DNA of 33,522 nucleotides from assembly GCA_001642005.1 (NCBI GenBank), contig LWCA01000291.1, positions 1 to 33,522 of the forward strand, in the 5' to 3' direction. Each line of letters begins with the position of its first letter. Position 1 is the stretch's first letter. The notes under the pieces were generated by a model. The model saw nothing but the letters and a program-made list of their open reading frames with translations, did no database searches and was not told the origin of the DNA. This document shows positions 31,270 through 33,522 of this stretch, in pieces. Source of the stretch: Intoshia linei. Its lineage: Eukaryota; Animalia; Orthonectida. The position numbers and the translations under genes are program-made.

Positions 31270-32388
31270 ATGTCCAAAAAACGATTAAAAACAAATTTGA
31301 GTATACTTGGAGTTGGAGGTGATAAATGGGAAACAGATCTTGCTTCAGTCGTGTACAATGATGATGTATGAATAAATCAGATTTTTAATGATTTAAATTT
31401 AAAAGCTTTTATAACATTAACAATAAATTAAAAAATTTAAAATATATTTTAGAAATGGAAAACCTGCATAGCAGTAATAATTCCACGAAAATGTGAAGAC
31501 GTTAGTTATGAAGAAGGAATAATAAATTCCATTGAAAATAGAAAAAATTTTAGTTTTATAAACAAGGAAAATTTATTATCATTTTGTAAAGAATATTCAC
31601 AATCAAAGTCCAAAAAAGGTAGCAAAGAATCTTTTCAATATACAGAAATATGTGATTATGTAAAAAATTTCACTGATAAGGATATGCAAGTTCCATCAAA
31701 ATATATGGCATTATTGATCAAATTTAAATTACTCATAATGAAACAATCCGATTTGGCCAAAACTACACCAGAAAAATCTAAGGGGTCCAAAGATAAAGGT
31801 AAAAAACAATCAAAGACTCAAGGTAAAAAGGGTGGAAAAGGTGATAAAAAGGACGAGGGCAACTTGGATTTTAAACCAGAATCAAAATTAAAAAAACGAA
31901 AGGACGAATATCTTGATAAAGTTTATATAGGTAGTTTCTTGTACAGTATTAGTTGTGACTATTATTGTTGTGAAAAGGGTCTGATGTATTGGTATACATC
32001 AGGGGTCTCAGACTTAATTTATTTGTCAGGGCGAAATGTGAAAAAAATCTTTACTCAAACCATTATTAAATTAACATTATTAACCCCTGTTATGTAGCGT
32101 TGACCCCTTTTGGTGCACTGGTGTAGACTCTGCACGAACCTGACTATAATATTTTCTGTAATAATAATATTTATTAAGATGATGAAGTTAACGATAAATT
32201 GAATAAATACATATTTTTGCTTGGATTTCACGATATTAAAATTGTGAAAAAACTTGCTTCAATTTTGATTTGTCCAGATATTATTATACAGATTCATTCT
32301 CAAAACTATGAATCGTTTTCTTCAACTTATCTGTCACTTGAACGCCATAAACTCACACATGAATCTACATTGGATGAAAAAGTAAAAC
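31270..32388 (+). CDS. SPAG17: Sperm-associated antigen 17 (PF6, axonemal central pair C1a), first 3 exons (31270-31365, 31453-31930, 32179-32381 or 32388); continues past the exons seen here
   Basis: Spliced N-terminus matches SPAG17: KWETDLASVVYNDDKWKTCIAVII (cf. [24 protein letters not shown]), ALLIKFKLLIMKQSD (cf. GKLLKFQLLQIKFKD), SKLKKRKDEYLDKVYIDDEVNDKLNKYIFLLGFH (cf. [34 protein letters not shown]), IHSQNYE (cf. ISSENYE). Confidence 0.88.
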
Positions 32389-32793
32389 GTAATTTTTAAA
32401 AAATATTTAAATTATTACATCAGTGTTATATTAACCATTGTCGTATGATATACGTGGTATGCCAAGAGAGTGACCTAGAGAATTATCAATTTAAAAACTA
32501 ACAAATTCAATTTCAATTTGAAACATTCGTTGTTTAAAATAAAATAAATGTCTCTTCTCCTAAATCTCTTTCCTCTCCTACCCTTCCTATCGTCTCTTAG
32601 GTCATTTCTATAGTCGAAATCTTTTTTTGTCCATATTGTTGAATATCCTTCATTTTTGTTTTTCTGAAAGTTCATAGCAAGGACATCTGATTATATATAC
32701 TGAAAACTTGCGTCGTCCACTTAGATGGCGTCAGTCGGATATTGTAGGTTTAAACGGACTTTTACCTTTATGATTACCTTACGTATATATCTA

Positions 32794-33185
32794 CTAGCTT
32801 GATTGTTATGTAGTACGTACAATCAGCACCTAGCTCTACCAAGGGCATATTTTTATTATACCAAAAAAATATATTCATGTTAAAAATCTAACTTAAAAAT
32901 CCTACTATTCATTATTATCAATCCTTTAAAGGAGTGGTTCCCAAATTTGTTTTAGGTGGAACCATCATATAAATTTACTTTTTACTTTAAAGTGAATTAT
33001 TCCATCTTAATTTTTTGTTTGTTAACATTTGTGTAATAAGAATTTTAAAAACAATTGTTATCCCATTTTTTAATTTATAAGACAAAATGTGTGTATAATA
33101 TTAAAGATTAAATAAAAACAGTTTAATCCTAAAAATTGTCATAAATAGCATAAATTCCAGAAAAAATAAAATTATAAACATTTTG
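32794..33185 (-). mobile_element. Helitron 3' portion in a SPAG17 intron
   Basis: Minus strand ends GCCCTTGGTAGAGCTAGGTGCTGATTGTACGTACTACATAACAATCAAGCTAG|T; 32880-33185 is collinear (inverted) with 10255-10540. Confidence 0.8.
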
Positions 33186-33522
33186 TCATTTTCAATGTGA
33201 TGAAATATATTCAAAACCAATTTAATAAATACTTAAAAATACCAATTGTATATCAATAATTAACTGTATCTTCACTTTATAACCATTTCAGTCAAATTTT
33301 ACCATTATAACAAAGGATTGTAATATAAAAATGATATTAACAAAGTTTTTTTAGTTTCGTTGTTTAGTTACTTATTTAAATTAGAATGTTTTAATAAAAA
33401 TGTTATGAAAATGAAAATTTGAAATTTAAAAATTGCGTAGCAATGAAAAAAATTCCGAAAGAATTAAATATATAGATTTTTACCCATATGTCTTTATTGG
33501 AAATGTGTAGACGTACAATGCA

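Noticed and set aside
32000-32142. hAT MITE in SPAG17 intron 2 (starts CAGGGGTCTCAGAC)
   Set aside because: The right TIR and TSD are ambiguous, so it is not listed as a bounded feature; it explains the spurious C-terminal part of ORF 31684-32097.

Overview
Very AT-rich eukaryotic (animal) genomic DNA, not prokaryotic. The short ORFs in the six-frame track are mostly exons of spliced genes with GT-AG mini-introns (many 33-45 nt) or transposon debris. Splicing by hand gave five genes: (1) an ankyrin-repeat gene (-, 979-2936, possibly continuing leftwards); (2) a complete 16-exon p190RhoGAP (ARHGAP35/ARHGAP5 family) gene (-, 3355-18946, about 1507 aa: N-terminal GTPase-like domain, FF, pG1, pG2, RhoGAP); (3) a two-exon Lys/Asn-rich orphan (-, 24173-25376); (4) a three-exon synaptobrevin/VAMP R-SNARE (-, 28394-29736); (5) the 5' end of the ciliary central-pair gene SPAG17/PF6 (+, from 31270). 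Long introns and intergenic DNA hold a non-autonomous Helitron family (A|TC...hairpin-CTAG|T) with transposon cargo, several hAT MITEs with 8-bp TSDs, Tc1 DD34E and Chapaev/Transib/RAG1-like transposase remnants, and a long-TIR foldback element. Mini-introns, high AT and a motile-cilium gene suggest a genome-reduced ciliated invertebrate such as the orthonectid Intoshia (inference only). The most unusual unexplained signal is a ~215-nt GC-richer element in p190 intron 5 that folds into a G-U-rich multibranch structure specifically on the sense strand, a candidate structured RNA. Family assignments are from remembered motifs; no database search was run.
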